Assembly (NCBI GenBank): GCA_014730345.1 | Contig: WJIJ01000019.1 | Location: 10,809-74,808 of the forward strand | Direction: 5' to 3' | Source: Candidatus Zixiibacteriota bacterium | GTDB lineage: Bacteria; Zixibacteria; MSB-5A5; UM-FILTER-46-8 | DNA length: 64,000 nt | Shown: in pieces, positions 51,584-60,946 of the stretch | Layout: every line of letters starts with the position of its first letter | Position numbering within the stretch: position 1 is the stretch's first letter | Made by a program: the position numbers and the translations under genes | The notes under the pieces: model-generated | The model's database searches: none | The model's input: the letters and a program-made list of their open reading frames with translations, nothing else | Told to the model about the DNA's origin: nothing

Positions 51584-54262
51584 ATGACTGATAAGGAAAA
51601 ACAGGAAATAAAAAAGGCGATAGAAGTTGAAGACCAGGAATGGTTGGAAGCTCTTGATTATATAGTCGATAAGGACGGGCCGGAACGCGCCCAGAGCCTT
51701 ATGGCCAAACTAATGGCCAGGGTGCAGATTTTCGGAATTCACTCCCTTTGTCCGGGTAATACGCCTTATATAAACACGATTTCTAAAGAGCATCAACCGG
51801 AGTTTCCCGGAAACCGTGAACTCGAAAGGCGGATTAAAAGCATCAACCGATGGAATGCCATGGCTATGGTGGTTCGCGCTAATCGGGTGGAAGACGGGAT
51901 CGGCGGACATATTTCTACTTACGCGTCTTCAGCTACCCTTTACGAGGTGGGATTCAATCACTTTTTCCGGGGAAGAGATAACAATAAGCCGGGGGATATA
52001 ATCTATTTCCAGGGTCACGCCGCTCCCGGTATTTACGCCCGCGCTTTTCTTGAAGGAAGGCTAAGTGAGAAGGACTTGGAAAACTTCCGCAGGGAATTAA
52101 ATCCAGATGGAGGATTGTCATCGTACCCGCATCCATGGCTGATGCCTGATTTCTGGGAGTTTCCCACGGTTTCCATGGGACTCGCTCCCATAATGGCGAT
52201 CTACCAGGCGCGTTTCAATCATTATCTTAATGACAGGGGGCTTCTGGATACCTCAGGTCAAAAGATTTGGGCATTCCTCGGCGACGGGGAAATGGATGAA
52301 CCGGAGTCTATGGGTGCGATAACATTACCGGCGAGAGAAAAGCTCGATAATTTGATTTTTGTCATTAACTGTAATTTACAGCGTCTTGACGGTCCCGTGC
52401 GCGGCAACGGTAAAATCATCCAGGAGTTGGAAGCCGCTTTCCGTGGAGCGGGATGGAACGTAATCAAGGTTATCTGGGGTGATGACTGGGATCCCCTTCT
52501 TGAGCGGGATAAGAACGGCCTTTTAGTCAAGCGAATGGGCGAGATAGTAGATGGACAATCCCAAAAATACGCCGTTTCCAAGGGCGATTTCATCCGTGAA
52601 GATTTCTTTGGCAAGTACCCGGAGTTAAAGGAAATTGTCAAGGATTACAGCGATGAGCAGTTGCGGACTCTCCGCCGCGGCGGTCATGATCCCGAAAAAG
52701 TATACGCGGCTTATAAAGCGGCAGTCGGGCACGAAGGCTCTCCCACCGTGATTCTCGCCCAGACAATTAAAGGCTACGGTCTCGGCGAAGCGGGAGAAGG
52801 GAAGAATATTACTCACCAGCAAAAGAAGCTGAATGAGGATGAGCTTAAGTCTTTCCGTAAAAGGTTTGATATTCCCATACCTGAAGATAAGGTTGCCCAA
52901 GCCCCGTTCTATCGTCCCGATGAAAACAGCGAGGAGATGAAATACCTGAAGGAAACCCGGAATAAACTCGGTGGCAGTATACCGCAAAGAAAATTAACTG
53001 TCAGGCCCATTGAAATGCCCCCGGAGGAATTATTCAAGGAATTTTACGAGGGCTCAGGCAACCTTGAAGTTTCGACAACCATGGCGTTTGTAAGCATTCT
53101 TTCGAAATTGCTGAAGGATAAGGGCATTGGTAAAAACGTAGTGCCTATCGTTCCCGATGAAGCACGCACCTTCGGAATGGAATCGTTATTCCGGCAGGTG
53201 GGGATTTATTCGCACTACGGCCAACTCTACGAACCGGTCGATAAAGAGAATCTGCTATATTACCGTGAAGATAAACAGGGCGCGATATTAGAAGAAGGAA
53301 TAACCGAGGCGGGTTCGATGTCCTCGTTCATAGCCGCCGGCACAGCCTATGCCACACACGGAATCAATATAATACCATTCTTCATTTATTATTCCATGTT
53401 TGGTTTTCAGCGGATAGGAGATTTAATATGGGCCGCCGGAGATATGCAGGCGAAGGGTTTCCTGCTCGGAGGAACTTCGGGGAGGACGACTCTTGCCGGG
53501 GAAGGGCTCCAGCACCAGGATGGCCAGAGCCACCTTTACGCGCTCTCGGTGCCCAACCTTCTTGCTTATGATCCAGCCTACGCCTACGAAATCGCGGTTA
53601 TAATCCAGGATGGTATCAAACGGATGTACGCGGATCAGGAGAATATTTTTTATTACCTTACCCTTGGCAACGAGCCCTACCAGATGCCGAAGATGACGGA
53701 TGGTTTAAAAGATGGGATACTCAAGGGTATATATAAGCTGAATAAGGGAGAAGGCTCCGGGAAAAATATGAAAGTTAATCTACTGGGAAGCGGCGCCATT
53801 CTAAATGAAACACTGAAAGCCCAGAAACTTCTCGCTGACAACTACGATGTTGATTCCGATGTTTGGAGCGTTACCGGTTACAAGCAACTTTACCGCGATG
53901 CCATCGAAACCGAGCGGTGGAACAGGCTCAATCCGCAAAAGGAGCCCAGGGTTCCATATATTAGGCAAGTATTGAACGGCAACGGCAATCTTTGTGTAGC
54001 CTCGACGGACTATGTTCATGTCCTGCCGCTTACGATATCCAAATGGCTGCCGAACAGGATTGCCACGCTGGGCACCGACGGTTATGGCCGGAGCGACGGG
54101 CGCAAACAACTCCGCGATTTCTTTGAAGTAGATCATCGTTATATAGCCTTGACAACCCTTCTTGAGTTAGTCAAGGAAGATAAACTTGACAGGACCGTTA
54201 TTGATAAAGCTATGAAAGAGTTGGAGATTAATCCGGAGAAGCTGAATCCGCTTGTTGATTGA
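51584..54262 (+). CDS. aceE: Pyruvate dehydrogenase E1 component, homodimeric type
   Basis: About 892 aa from the ATG at 51584; the track ORF begins at an upstream TTG. GGHISTYASSATLYEVGFNHFFRG and ThDP-binding GDGEMDEPES...N motifs match AceE. No E2/E3 genes are adjacent. Confidence 0.88.
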   Translation: MTDKEKQEIKKAIEVEDQEWLEALDYIVDKDGPERAQSLMAKLMARVQIFGIHSLCPGNTPYINTISKEHQPEFPGNRELERRIKSINRWNAMAMVVRANRVEDGIGGHISTYASSATLYEVGFNHFFRGRDNNKPGDIIYFQGHAAPGIYARAFLEGRLSEKDLENFRRELNPDGGLSSYPHPWLMPDFWEFPTVSMGLAPIMAIYQARFNHYLNDRGLLDTSGQKIWAFLGDGEMDEPESMGAITLPAREKLDNLIFVINCNLQRLDGPVRGNGKIIQELEAAFRGAGWNVIKVIWGDDWDPLLERDKNGLLVKRMGEIVDGQSQKYAVSKGDFIREDFFGKYPELKEIVKDYSDEQLRTLRRGGHDPEKVYAAYKAAVGHEGSPTVILAQTIKGYGLGEAGEGKNITHQQKKLNEDELKSFRKRFDIPIPEDKVAQAPFYRPDENSEEMKYLKETRNKLGGSIPQRKLTVRPIEMPPEELFKEFYEGSGNLEVSTTMAFVSILSKLLKDKGIGKNVVPIVPDEARTFGMESLFRQVGIYSHYGQLYEPVDKENLLYYREDKQGAILEEGITEAGSMSSFIAAGTAYATHGINIIPFFIYYSMFGFQRIGDLIWAAGDMQAKGFLLGGTSGRTTLAGEGLQHQDGQSHLYALSVPNLLAYDPAYAYEIAVIIQDGIKRMYADQENIFYYLTLGNEPYQMPKMTDGLKDGILKGIYKLNKGEGSGKNMKVNLLGSGAILNETLKAQKLLADNYDVDSDVWSVTGYKQLYRDAIETERWNRLNPQKEPRVPYIRQVLNGNGNLCVASTDYVHVLPLTISKWLPNRIATLGTDGYGRSDGRKQLRDFFEVDHRYIALTTLLELVKEDKLDRTVIDKAMKELEINPEKLNPLVD

Positions 54263-54282
54263 TACTTGCGATTACTTATAAT

Positions 54283-54305
54283 CGGCCGGATTTATCACCC
54301 GGCCG
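54283..54305 (+). terminator. Possible terminator hairpin after aceE
   Basis: CGGCCGG-atttatcac-CCGGCCG, a 7-bp GC stem. The downstream T-tract (CTTTACG) is weak. Confidence 0.35.
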
Positions 54306-54380
54306 CTTTACGCTGAGGTAGAATCTGGTTCGAAGAATAATGGAAGCAAAATGTAATATCTTAAAAAAACGGTAAAAGGA

Positions 54381-54409
54381 CTTGACATGTTTTAAGTAAT
54401 GATTTATAA
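54381..54409 (+). promoter_or_regulatory. Consensus sigma70-type promoter (TTGACA-17 nt-TATAAT) upstream of the tetR-led operon
   Basis: Exact TTGACA at 54381-54386 and exact TATAAT at 54404-54409, with a 17-nt spacer. It sits 70 nt upstream of the TetR start codon. Confidence 0.6.
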
Positions 54410-54410
54410 T

Positions 54411-54424
54411 GACCGACCAGTCGG
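54411..54424 (+). promoter_or_regulatory. Perfect palindrome ACCGACcaGTCGGT, candidate TetR operator overlapping the predicted transcription start
   Basis: A 6-2-6 inverted repeat that begins 2 nt after the -10 hexamer. This is the classic repressor-operator geometry for an autoregulated TetR. Confidence 0.5.
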
Positions 54425-54478
54425 TTATATAAGGCGATCATAGCAGGATTTAGGATTAAAATATTAAGAGAAATAAAT

Positions 54479-55087
54479 ATGTCACCTCGCATAGTTAACA
54501 AGCAGGCTAAAAAGGAAGCGATTATACAGAAAGCAACGGAAGTTATCTCCGCAAAGGGGATTTACAGTTTTAAAATGAGCGATGTCGCCGATGCCGCTGA
54601 TGTGGGCAAGGGAACCCTTTATGAATATTTCAAAGACAAGGAGGAGTTGGTTACGGCTTGCTATGTCTACTTTTTGGATTCCTTTATTGATATTGCTGAT
54701 AGCGTTGATTTGAAAAATTCGGCGAGAGCCAATTTGAGGTCTTACATTTCAGTTCTATTCAAACATTTCTCGAAAAATATCGATAGCGTGCACATAGCGT
54801 TTGATTTCTGGTCGCAAGCGCTTCAATCAAGTGATAACAGGCAGTATGTTAAATTAATGACCAAGGCATACAACGATTTCGTAGCAGTGCTTATCCGAAT
54901 TATAAAAGACGGAATCAAGAAGGGTGAATTCCGCGCGATAGATGTGGAAAAATACGCCGCCGCGATAGTAGGCATGCTTGATGGAATTCTATTCCAGGGC
55001 GTTATGGGGATTAATGATATAACTGATGCAAAATGGCCGAGAGTAATTAGCAACATGATTTTGAATGGTCTCAGCAAAACCGGGTGA
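54479..55087 (+). CDS. TetR/AcrR-family transcriptional regulator
   Basis: 202 aa. N-terminal HTH with KGTLYEYFKDKEEL, then an all-helical ligand-binding domain. Confidence 0.8.
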   Translation: MSPRIVNKQAKKEAIIQKATEVISAKGIYSFKMSDVADAADVGKGTLYEYFKDKEELVTACYVYFLDSFIDIADSVDLKNSARANLRSYISVLFKHFSKNIDSVHIAFDFWSQALQSSDNRQYVKLMTKAYNDFVAVLIRIIKDGIKKGEFRAIDVEKYAAAIVGMLDGILFQGVMGINDITDAKWPRVISNMILNGLSKTG

Positions 55088-55094
55088 TAGATAA

Positions 55095-55877
55095 GTGAAC
55101 AGGAGGAGCAGATTGAAGAAGAATATTGTCATAGCTGTAATATTTATATCTCTAATCATAGGGAAAGGCTATAGTTACGCCGAGGACGCGAAAGAGATAG
55201 TGGACAAAGCCGACAAGCATTTTCGGGGTAATACAAGTTATAGCGAGATGAGTATGAAGATAGCGCGTCCAGACTGGAGCCGTGAACTCGGAATGAAAAG
55301 TTGGTCTAAGGGACGAGAGCTGTCATTGATTATTATAACCGAACCAGCCAGAGATAAAGGAACCGCTTTTTTGAAAAGGGGAAATGAAGTATGGAACTGG
55401 GTGCCGCGGGTTGAGAAAGTTATTAAGATTCCTCCTTCGATGATGCAACAGTCATGGATGGGCAGTGATTTCACTAATGACGACCTTGTGAAGGAATCAT
55501 CGATTGTTGAAGATTATTCCCATGAAATAGTCGGCGATTCGGTTATACAGGGGCGGGAATGTTATAAAATTAAAATGACTCCTAAGCCGGAAGCGCCCGT
55601 AGTTTGGGATAAGGTTTTGTTGTGGGTAAGTAAAAAGCACTACCTGCAAATGCGTGGTGAGTACTACAATGAGGATGGTGAACTTGAAAATACCATGATA
55701 ATGACCGATGTAAAAACCCTCGGAGGAAGGCTCATTCCGGCGATCATGACCATGATCCCCGCCGATGAACCGGGGAATAAAACGGTTATAACTATCCATG
55801 AAATGCAGTTCAATCAACCGATCAATGATTCCTTTTTCTCCGAGCGTAATATGAAAAAGATGAGTAGCAGGATTTAG
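55095..55877 (+). CDS. LolA-like outer-membrane lipoprotein-sorting family protein (periplasmic; alternative TTG start at 55113 preceded by AGGAGG)
   Basis: About 255 aa. Signal peptide. Blocks MSMKIARPDWSRELGMKSW, GTAFLKRGNEVWNWVP, KIPPSMMQQSWMGSDFTNDDL are as I recall for the LolA-like family that travels with FtsX/MacB-type ABC exporters. Confidence 0.5.
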   Translation: MNRRSRLKKNIVIAVIFISLIIGKGYSYAEDAKEIVDKADKHFRGNTSYSEMSMKIARPDWSRELGMKSWSKGRELSLIIITEPARDKGTAFLKRGNEVWNWVPRVEKVIKIPPSMMQQSWMGSDFTNDDLVKESSIVEDYSHEIVGDSVIQGRECYKIKMTPKPEAPVVWDKVLLWVSKKHYLQMRGEYYNEDGELENTMIMTDVKTLGGRLIPAIMTMIPADEPGNKTVITIHEMQFNQPINDSFFSERNMKKMSSRI

Positions 55878-55888
55878 CGGTCAGTATT

Positions 55889-57112
55889 ATGAATATGTAC
55901 TTAAGATTAGCATGGCGGAACATCTGGCGAAATAAAAGGCGGAGCATAATATCGATCGCGTCGGTGTTGCTGGCGGTATTAATTGCGCTTTTTATGCGTT
56001 CTATGCAGAAGGGAACCTACGCCCGGGCTATTGATAACGTTGTGTCATTTTATACCGGATATATCCAGATTCATAATCCGGGTTACTGGGATAAAAAATC
56101 ACTTAATAAAACATTCGCGGTTCAGGAATCGTTAATAGAAAACGTTTCCTCGACAGAGTATGTAACCCATGTAACTCCCCGCCTTGAAGGTTATGGATTA
56201 ATATCGGGCGGCGAACGTACTGACGTCGGATTGGTGATAGGCATTAATCCCGAAGTTGAAAACGATATGACCGGTTTAGAAGGCAAACTTATAGAAGGCG
56301 AATATCTTCAACAGGGAGATATGGGAATTATGCTCGCCAAGGGATTAAGCGACCATCTCGACCTCGGGATTGGCGACACGGTGGTGATACTCGGGCAGGG
56401 TTACCATGATATTATGGCCGCCGGTAAGTATGAGATTCAAGGTTTGATTGAATTTCCTATAAAGCAATTAAACAATACTATGTCATACCTTACGCTTGAA
56501 GAAGCCCAGTATCTATTTGGAGCGTACAACAGATTAACATCGCTCTCAATAATGATCGAAGGGGAGGATAAACTCGATGAAGTGATGAATAATCTCGGTA
56601 AAAAATACAGCGAAGACTACGAGATTATGAGCTGGAAGGAAATGAGTCCGGAACTGGAGCAGGGGATAGAAGCAGATAACGCTTCCGGCTTGATTATGTT
56701 GTTTATACTTTACATGGTGGTAGGTTTCGGGATATTAGGAACAATATTGATGATGACCATGGAGCGCACCAGGGAATTCGGGGTTTTGATCGCGGTAGGA
56801 ATGAAGCGCGGTTACCTGAGGCTGATAACATTAATAGAGAGCATCTTCCTGTCTTTTGTGGGAGTAGTGCTGGGAACTATTCTCTCGGTGCCGATTCTCG
56901 CATATTTCCGAAGCAATCCCATTTATTTCACCGGGGAGCTTGCCAAATCGATGACCGAGTTCGGTTACGAACCGATACTGGCGTTTACCCTCGCGCCAGG
57001 TATATTTCTATGGCAGGCGGTCGTTGTTTTTATAATAGCTTTCATAGCGGCATTATATCCATTATGGAAAATTACCCGGTTGGATGCTGTCGACGCGATG
57101 AGGTCGGTATGA
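55889..57112 (+). CDS. ABC transporter permease, FtsX/MacB/LolCE family
   Basis: 407 aa. N-terminal LAWRNIWRNKRRS and TM1, a large periplasmic domain, and three C-terminal TMs. This is the MacB/LolC topology. Confidence 0.75.
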   Translation: MNMYLRLAWRNIWRNKRRSIISIASVLLAVLIALFMRSMQKGTYARAIDNVVSFYTGYIQIHNPGYWDKKSLNKTFAVQESLIENVSSTEYVTHVTPRLEGYGLISGGERTDVGLVIGINPEVENDMTGLEGKLIEGEYLQQGDMGIMLAKGLSDHLDLGIGDTVVILGQGYHDIMAAGKYEIQGLIEFPIKQLNNTMSYLTLEEAQYLFGAYNRLTSLSIMIEGEDKLDEVMNNLGKKYSEDYEIMSWKEMSPELEQGIEADNASGLIMLFILYMVVGFGILGTILMMTMERTREFGVLIAVGMKRGYLRLITLIESIFLSFVGVVLGTILSVPILAYFRSNPIYFTGELAKSMTEFGYEPILAFTLAPGIFLWQAVVVFIIAFIAALYPLWKITRLDAVDAMRSV

Positions 57113-57140
57113 TTATGAATTATAACAGGGGAATGATAAT

Positions 57141-58355
57141 ATGATTTGGTCGATTGCCTGGCGTAATGTCTGGAGGAATAAAAAGCGGTCAGCGATTATA
57201 CTAACCGCAGTTGCTTTTGGTATTTGGGCTGGATTGATGAGCAACGCTATTATGCTGGGAGCGTCAAGGCAGATGGTTAAATCAGCGATAGAAACCAGGA
57301 CCTCGCATATACAGGTCCACCGTGAAGGATTCCGTGACCACCACGAAATTGATTTGATGATTCAGGAACCGGATAGCGTGACAAGTGTAATTAAATCCAT
57401 TGAAGGCGTTAAGGCGATTTCGGTCAGGTCAGTTTTAACCGGGATGTGCCGTTCGCCGGAGTCCGGTACCGGGGTTACTTTATTCGGAATCAAGCCCGAG
57501 GATGAAGCGCGGGTTTCGGCAATAGAAGATAAACTTGTTGACGGTTCATTCTTCAAGGATGAATATCGCAACCCGATTATTGTTGGCGATGACCTTGCTA
57601 AAAAACTCGATGTCGGCGTAGGAAATAAAATAGTAGTTAACGCGCAGGACCTCGAAGGTTCGATCGCGGGGGGCGCTTTTCGTGTGGTTGGCATCTTTAA
57701 TACAGTCTCTTCTGAATTCGACAAATCGAATGTGTTCGCTCTCAGGAATGATATTGACGAGATTTATGAACTTGGCGGTGGAGTCCATGAGATAGCTGTT
57801 ATCCTGAATAGCAACGACATGTTGAAGACGGTTGATGAAAAACTGAAAAATAGTTTATCAAATCTCGATGTGGCGACGTGGGAAGAGATTGAACCGCAGA
57901 TGTCGATCTTAACCGGCACCCAAAAGCAGATGTCATACATTTTCATAGGGATAATTCTACTTGCTCTTGTCTTCGGTATCACTAATACGATGTTGATGGG
58001 CGTGCTGGAACGAATAAGAGAGCTTGGCGTCGTACTTTCGCTGGGCATGAACCATTTCCGGATATTCTACATGATTCTCCTCGAAACGATATTCCTGTCG
58101 ATTATAGGCGCGGGAGGAGGGATGCTGGCGACCGTAGGTACCATCGCTGTCGCGGGGAAAACCGGTATCGATCTATCTATAGTCTCAGCCGGCCTTGAGG
58201 CTTTCGGGATGAGTACCATGCTTTATCCCTATCTGCCCGCGGGGGAATATCCTGTAGTCGCTCTGATGGTCGTAGTTACCGCGGTTGTAGCGTCAATATA
58301 TCCGGGCATAAAAGCAATCAGACTCAACCCGGTGGAAGCGATTAGAACTTATTAA
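57141..58355 (+). CDS. ABC transporter permease, FtsX/MacB/LolCE family (second copy)
   Basis: 404 aa. IAWRNVWRNKKRS N-terminus and the same topology as the preceding gene. Confidence 0.75.
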   Translation: MIWSIAWRNVWRNKKRSAIILTAVAFGIWAGLMSNAIMLGASRQMVKSAIETRTSHIQVHREGFRDHHEIDLMIQEPDSVTSVIKSIEGVKAISVRSVLTGMCRSPESGTGVTLFGIKPEDEARVSAIEDKLVDGSFFKDEYRNPIIVGDDLAKKLDVGVGNKIVVNAQDLEGSIAGGAFRVVGIFNTVSSEFDKSNVFALRNDIDEIYELGGGVHEIAVILNSNDMLKTVDEKLKNSLSNLDVATWEEIEPQMSILTGTQKQMSYIFIGIILLALVFGITNTMLMGVLERIRELGVVLSLGMNHFRIFYMILLETIFLSIIGAGGGMLATVGTIAVAGKTGIDLSIVSAGLEAFGMSTMLYPYLPAGEYPVVALMVVVTAVVASIYPGIKAIRLNPVEAIRTY

Positions 58356-58372
58356 TTATAAAGGAGCTTGTC

Positions 58373-59068
58373 GTGGCGGTAATAATGAGTGAAAAGATAT
58401 GTAAAACGTACAACGACGGCGGCGTGCCGGTGAAAGCGTTGAAGGATGTCGATATGGAAATAGAGGATGGTGAATTTACCGCTATCGTTGGTCCATCAGG
58501 TTCAGGTAAAACTACATTGCTGAATGTGATTGGAGGTTTAGATACTCTGACCTCAGGGAAACTACGGGTAGGGGATAAGGAAATCTCGGAGATGACCCCT
58601 AACGACCTTATTGAATTCAGGTTGAACAATATCGGATTCGTTTTCCAGGCCTATAATCTTATCCCGGTGCTGACCGCTATAGAAAACGTTGAGTTCATAA
58701 TGTTACTTCAAAAAGTATCAAAAGAGGAAAGGCGCGGGAGGGCGCGGGAATTGCTTAAATCGGTTGGATTGGAAGATATGATTAACAGAAAACCGATAGA
58801 GCTTTCCGGGGGACAGCAACAGAGGGTAGCCGTCGCCCGCGCGCTGGCATCCCGCCCCCGTTTCGTGCTAGCTGATGAACCGACCGCCAACCTCGATACC
58901 GCGTCCGCCGAAAACCTGCTCGATATCATGGAGCGCATGAACGATGAACACAAGATGACCTTCATTTTTTCCACCCATGACCAGCGGGTGGTCAGGCGCG
59001 CCCGCCGGGTTATCACTTTAAAAGACGGGCAGGTCGATACCGATGAACGCAAGGGGGAAAATGGGTGA
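58373..59068 (+). CDS. ABC transporter ATP-binding protein (LolD/MacB-ATPase-like)
   Basis: 231 aa. Walker A GPSGSGKTT, signature LSGGQQQRVAVARAL, Walker B FVLADEPT, H-loop. GTG start with AAGGAG RBS. Confidence 0.9.
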   Translation: MAVIMSEKICKTYNDGGVPVKALKDVDMEIEDGEFTAIVGPSGSGKTTLLNVIGGLDTLTSGKLRVGDKEISEMTPNDLIEFRLNNIGFVFQAYNLIPVLTAIENVEFIMLLQKVSKEERRGRARELLKSVGLEDMINRKPIELSGGQQQRVAVARALASRPRFVLADEPTANLDTASAENLLDIMERMNDEHKMTFIFSTHDQRVVRRARRVITLKDGQVDTDERKGENG

Positions 59069-60228
59069 TACGTTTACTCCTCTCCATTTTAATATCAGTA
59101 TTCGCCGCCTTACCTGTCTATGCTCAATGGGGAGACCCCTACAGCTTCGGCGGGTATCTAAGGATTACGCCCATGGTCTGGAAACCGGCTTCCTATTTCA
59201 CCAGCGATGAGAATTACGAGGTAATGAATATCATTCTCACCCGGCAGAATTTCAGATGGTACCCTACAACTAACTTCACATTCGGTTTAGAGCTTAAAAG
59301 CAGGATTTACCAGGGCGGTTCAATTTACCTGCTAAAACAAACCGCCAATGTTTCATCGTTGGGCGCGTCATATTTCGATTGGGATAAAAACTGGCTCGAA
59401 GAAGATGAAGTATTAATCAACAGTACCATCGACAGGGCATGGCTGAAAGTATATTTCGGTGATTTACAGATAGACCTCGGACGGCAGAGGATTGCCTGGG
59501 GAACGAATCTCGTATGGAACCCTGTTGACCTTTTCAATCCCTCCAACCCGATGGATTTTACCAATGACGAGATGCCTGGTACCGATGCCGTTCGCGCGCA
59601 ATACTACCTCGGTCCCAACTCTAAGATTGAAACCGCTGTTGCTCCTCAAAAAGAAGAGGATGAAACGATCGCCGCCGGTTTACTCCAGATTAATTTGTGG
59701 GATTATGATTGGATATTTCTTGGAGGAAGGCGTTATCAGGAAACCGTATTCGGATTCGCCTGGGCCGGCAGTATTCTTGACGGCGGTTTCCGCGGGGAGT
59801 TTTTGTATTCCAAACCGCGGAGATACCTGAATGATTCCGGTGGTTATCTCGTCGCCAGTGTCTCCGGCGACTACACAATGAAAAACTCCCAGTATTTTCA
59901 CGGGGCTTTGCTCTACAACGAGAGGGGTACAACCGATGATGCCGGCGGATTCCGTCAACTGCTGGCATATATGCGTGGCGAATTGACTCCTGCGCGCATT
60001 TCATTATGGGGAGAGATAGCACGTGATTTGACACCGCTGTTACGGGGAGATATCGCTATGATATTCAACCCCTATGATAACTCGTGGTACCTGAGCCCCA
60101 ATTTTACCTACTCTTTGATTACCGATCTGGATGTTACCGCGATGGCTTTGATTTTCGGCGGTGATGATGGCACCGAGTTCGGCGACACCGGCAATATCTA
60201 CATGATGCGCTTCAAGTACTCATTTTAA
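59065..60228 (+). CDS. Putative outer-membrane beta-barrel protein, last gene of the TetR/ABC operon
   Basis: 387 aa. GTG start overlapping the upstream stop (GTGA). Signal peptide ...ALPVYAQ. Alternating amphipathic beta-strand pattern and a C-terminal ...RFKYSF ending in Phe. Confidence 0.35.
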   Translation: MIRLLLSILISVFAALPVYAQWGDPYSFGGYLRITPMVWKPASYFTSDENYEVMNIILTRQNFRWYPTTNFTFGLELKSRIYQGGSIYLLKQTANVSSLGASYFDWDKNWLEEDEVLINSTIDRAWLKVYFGDLQIDLGRQRIAWGTNLVWNPVDLFNPSNPMDFTNDEMPGTDAVRAQYYLGPNSKIETAVAPQKEEDETIAAGLLQINLWDYDWIFLGGRRYQETVFGFAWAGSILDGGFRGEFLYSKPRRYLNDSGGYLVASVSGDYTMKNSQYFHGALLYNERGTTDDAGGFRQLLAYMRGELTPARISLWGEIARDLTPLLRGDIAMIFNPYDNSWYLSPNFTYSLITDLDVTAMALIFGGDDGTEFGDTGNIYMMRFKYSF

Positions 60229-60482
60229 TCTCGTCGAGTTTTCGCTTTTTTCCTATGTAAATATAGAAATAATTTCTCTTGACAGATTCTATAATCCGGG
60301 TTATGGTTGTTTAGCCAAAAGGTGGGGGCTGGAACCATGAAAAACGTGAAAGCCAAAATTCAGCTAATATCCTGTATTCGGGGGGGGAGTTTTTCAATTC
60401 TTGAGCGCCGCCTCCTTTTTACCCTGTAATATGTATTATCTTACTATTTGACAATTAATTAACCATATTCGATGGAGGCGCT

Positions 60483-60935
60483 ATGCGCTGTAAGACTATA
60501 TTAATAGTAATCTTTGGTTTAATGATATTTAATTTAATATCATTTGGATCTGCCTTGGCGCAACCCCAATCTCAGATGGAGGTTTTTGCATCAACCGATT
60601 ATTCATTGCCTGTAGAAAGCGAAGAGTTTACTTCCGCCGCACGATATGCCACTATAACTCTTGATTTTGATCGTACCGATAAAATCGCTATCCCTGGAAC
60701 ATATGACACTGAAATAAAGCCATACAATTACGACTGTAATTCATGGAGCGAAATGGTTTTTGCTTCGAACTGGGCTACAAACGGCGAATACCACATAGCC
60801 TATCCTACGGAAGATTGTGGGAGTGCCGGTGATCAAACCATGGGAATTGATATTACTATTAGTAGTGAAAAAGGGCATTTTGTTAATATGGAGCCTGGAT
60901 TCACTTATTCAAGTTCAATGCCGGAAAAAGAGTAA
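60483..60935 (+). CDS. Hypothetical small secreted protein
   Basis: 150 aa. Signal peptide MRCKTILIVIFGLMIFNLISFGSALAQ. RBS GGAGG. No recognisable domain. Confidence 0.35.
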   Translation: MRCKTILIVIFGLMIFNLISFGSALAQPQSQMEVFASTDYSLPVESEEFTSAARYATITLDFDRTDKIAIPGTYDTEIKPYNYDCNSWSEMVFASNWATNGEYHIAYPTEDCGSAGDQTMGIDITISSEKGHFVNMEPGFTYSSSMPEKE

Positions 60936-60946
60936 CCTATATCCAA

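Noticed and set aside
60279-60295. Exact TTGACA and exact TATAAT hexamers upstream of the 60483 gene
   Set aside because: The two hexamers are separated by only 5 nt, whereas 16-18 nt are required. This cannot be a functional sigma70 promoter as a pair, though either hexamer might function with a weaker partner.
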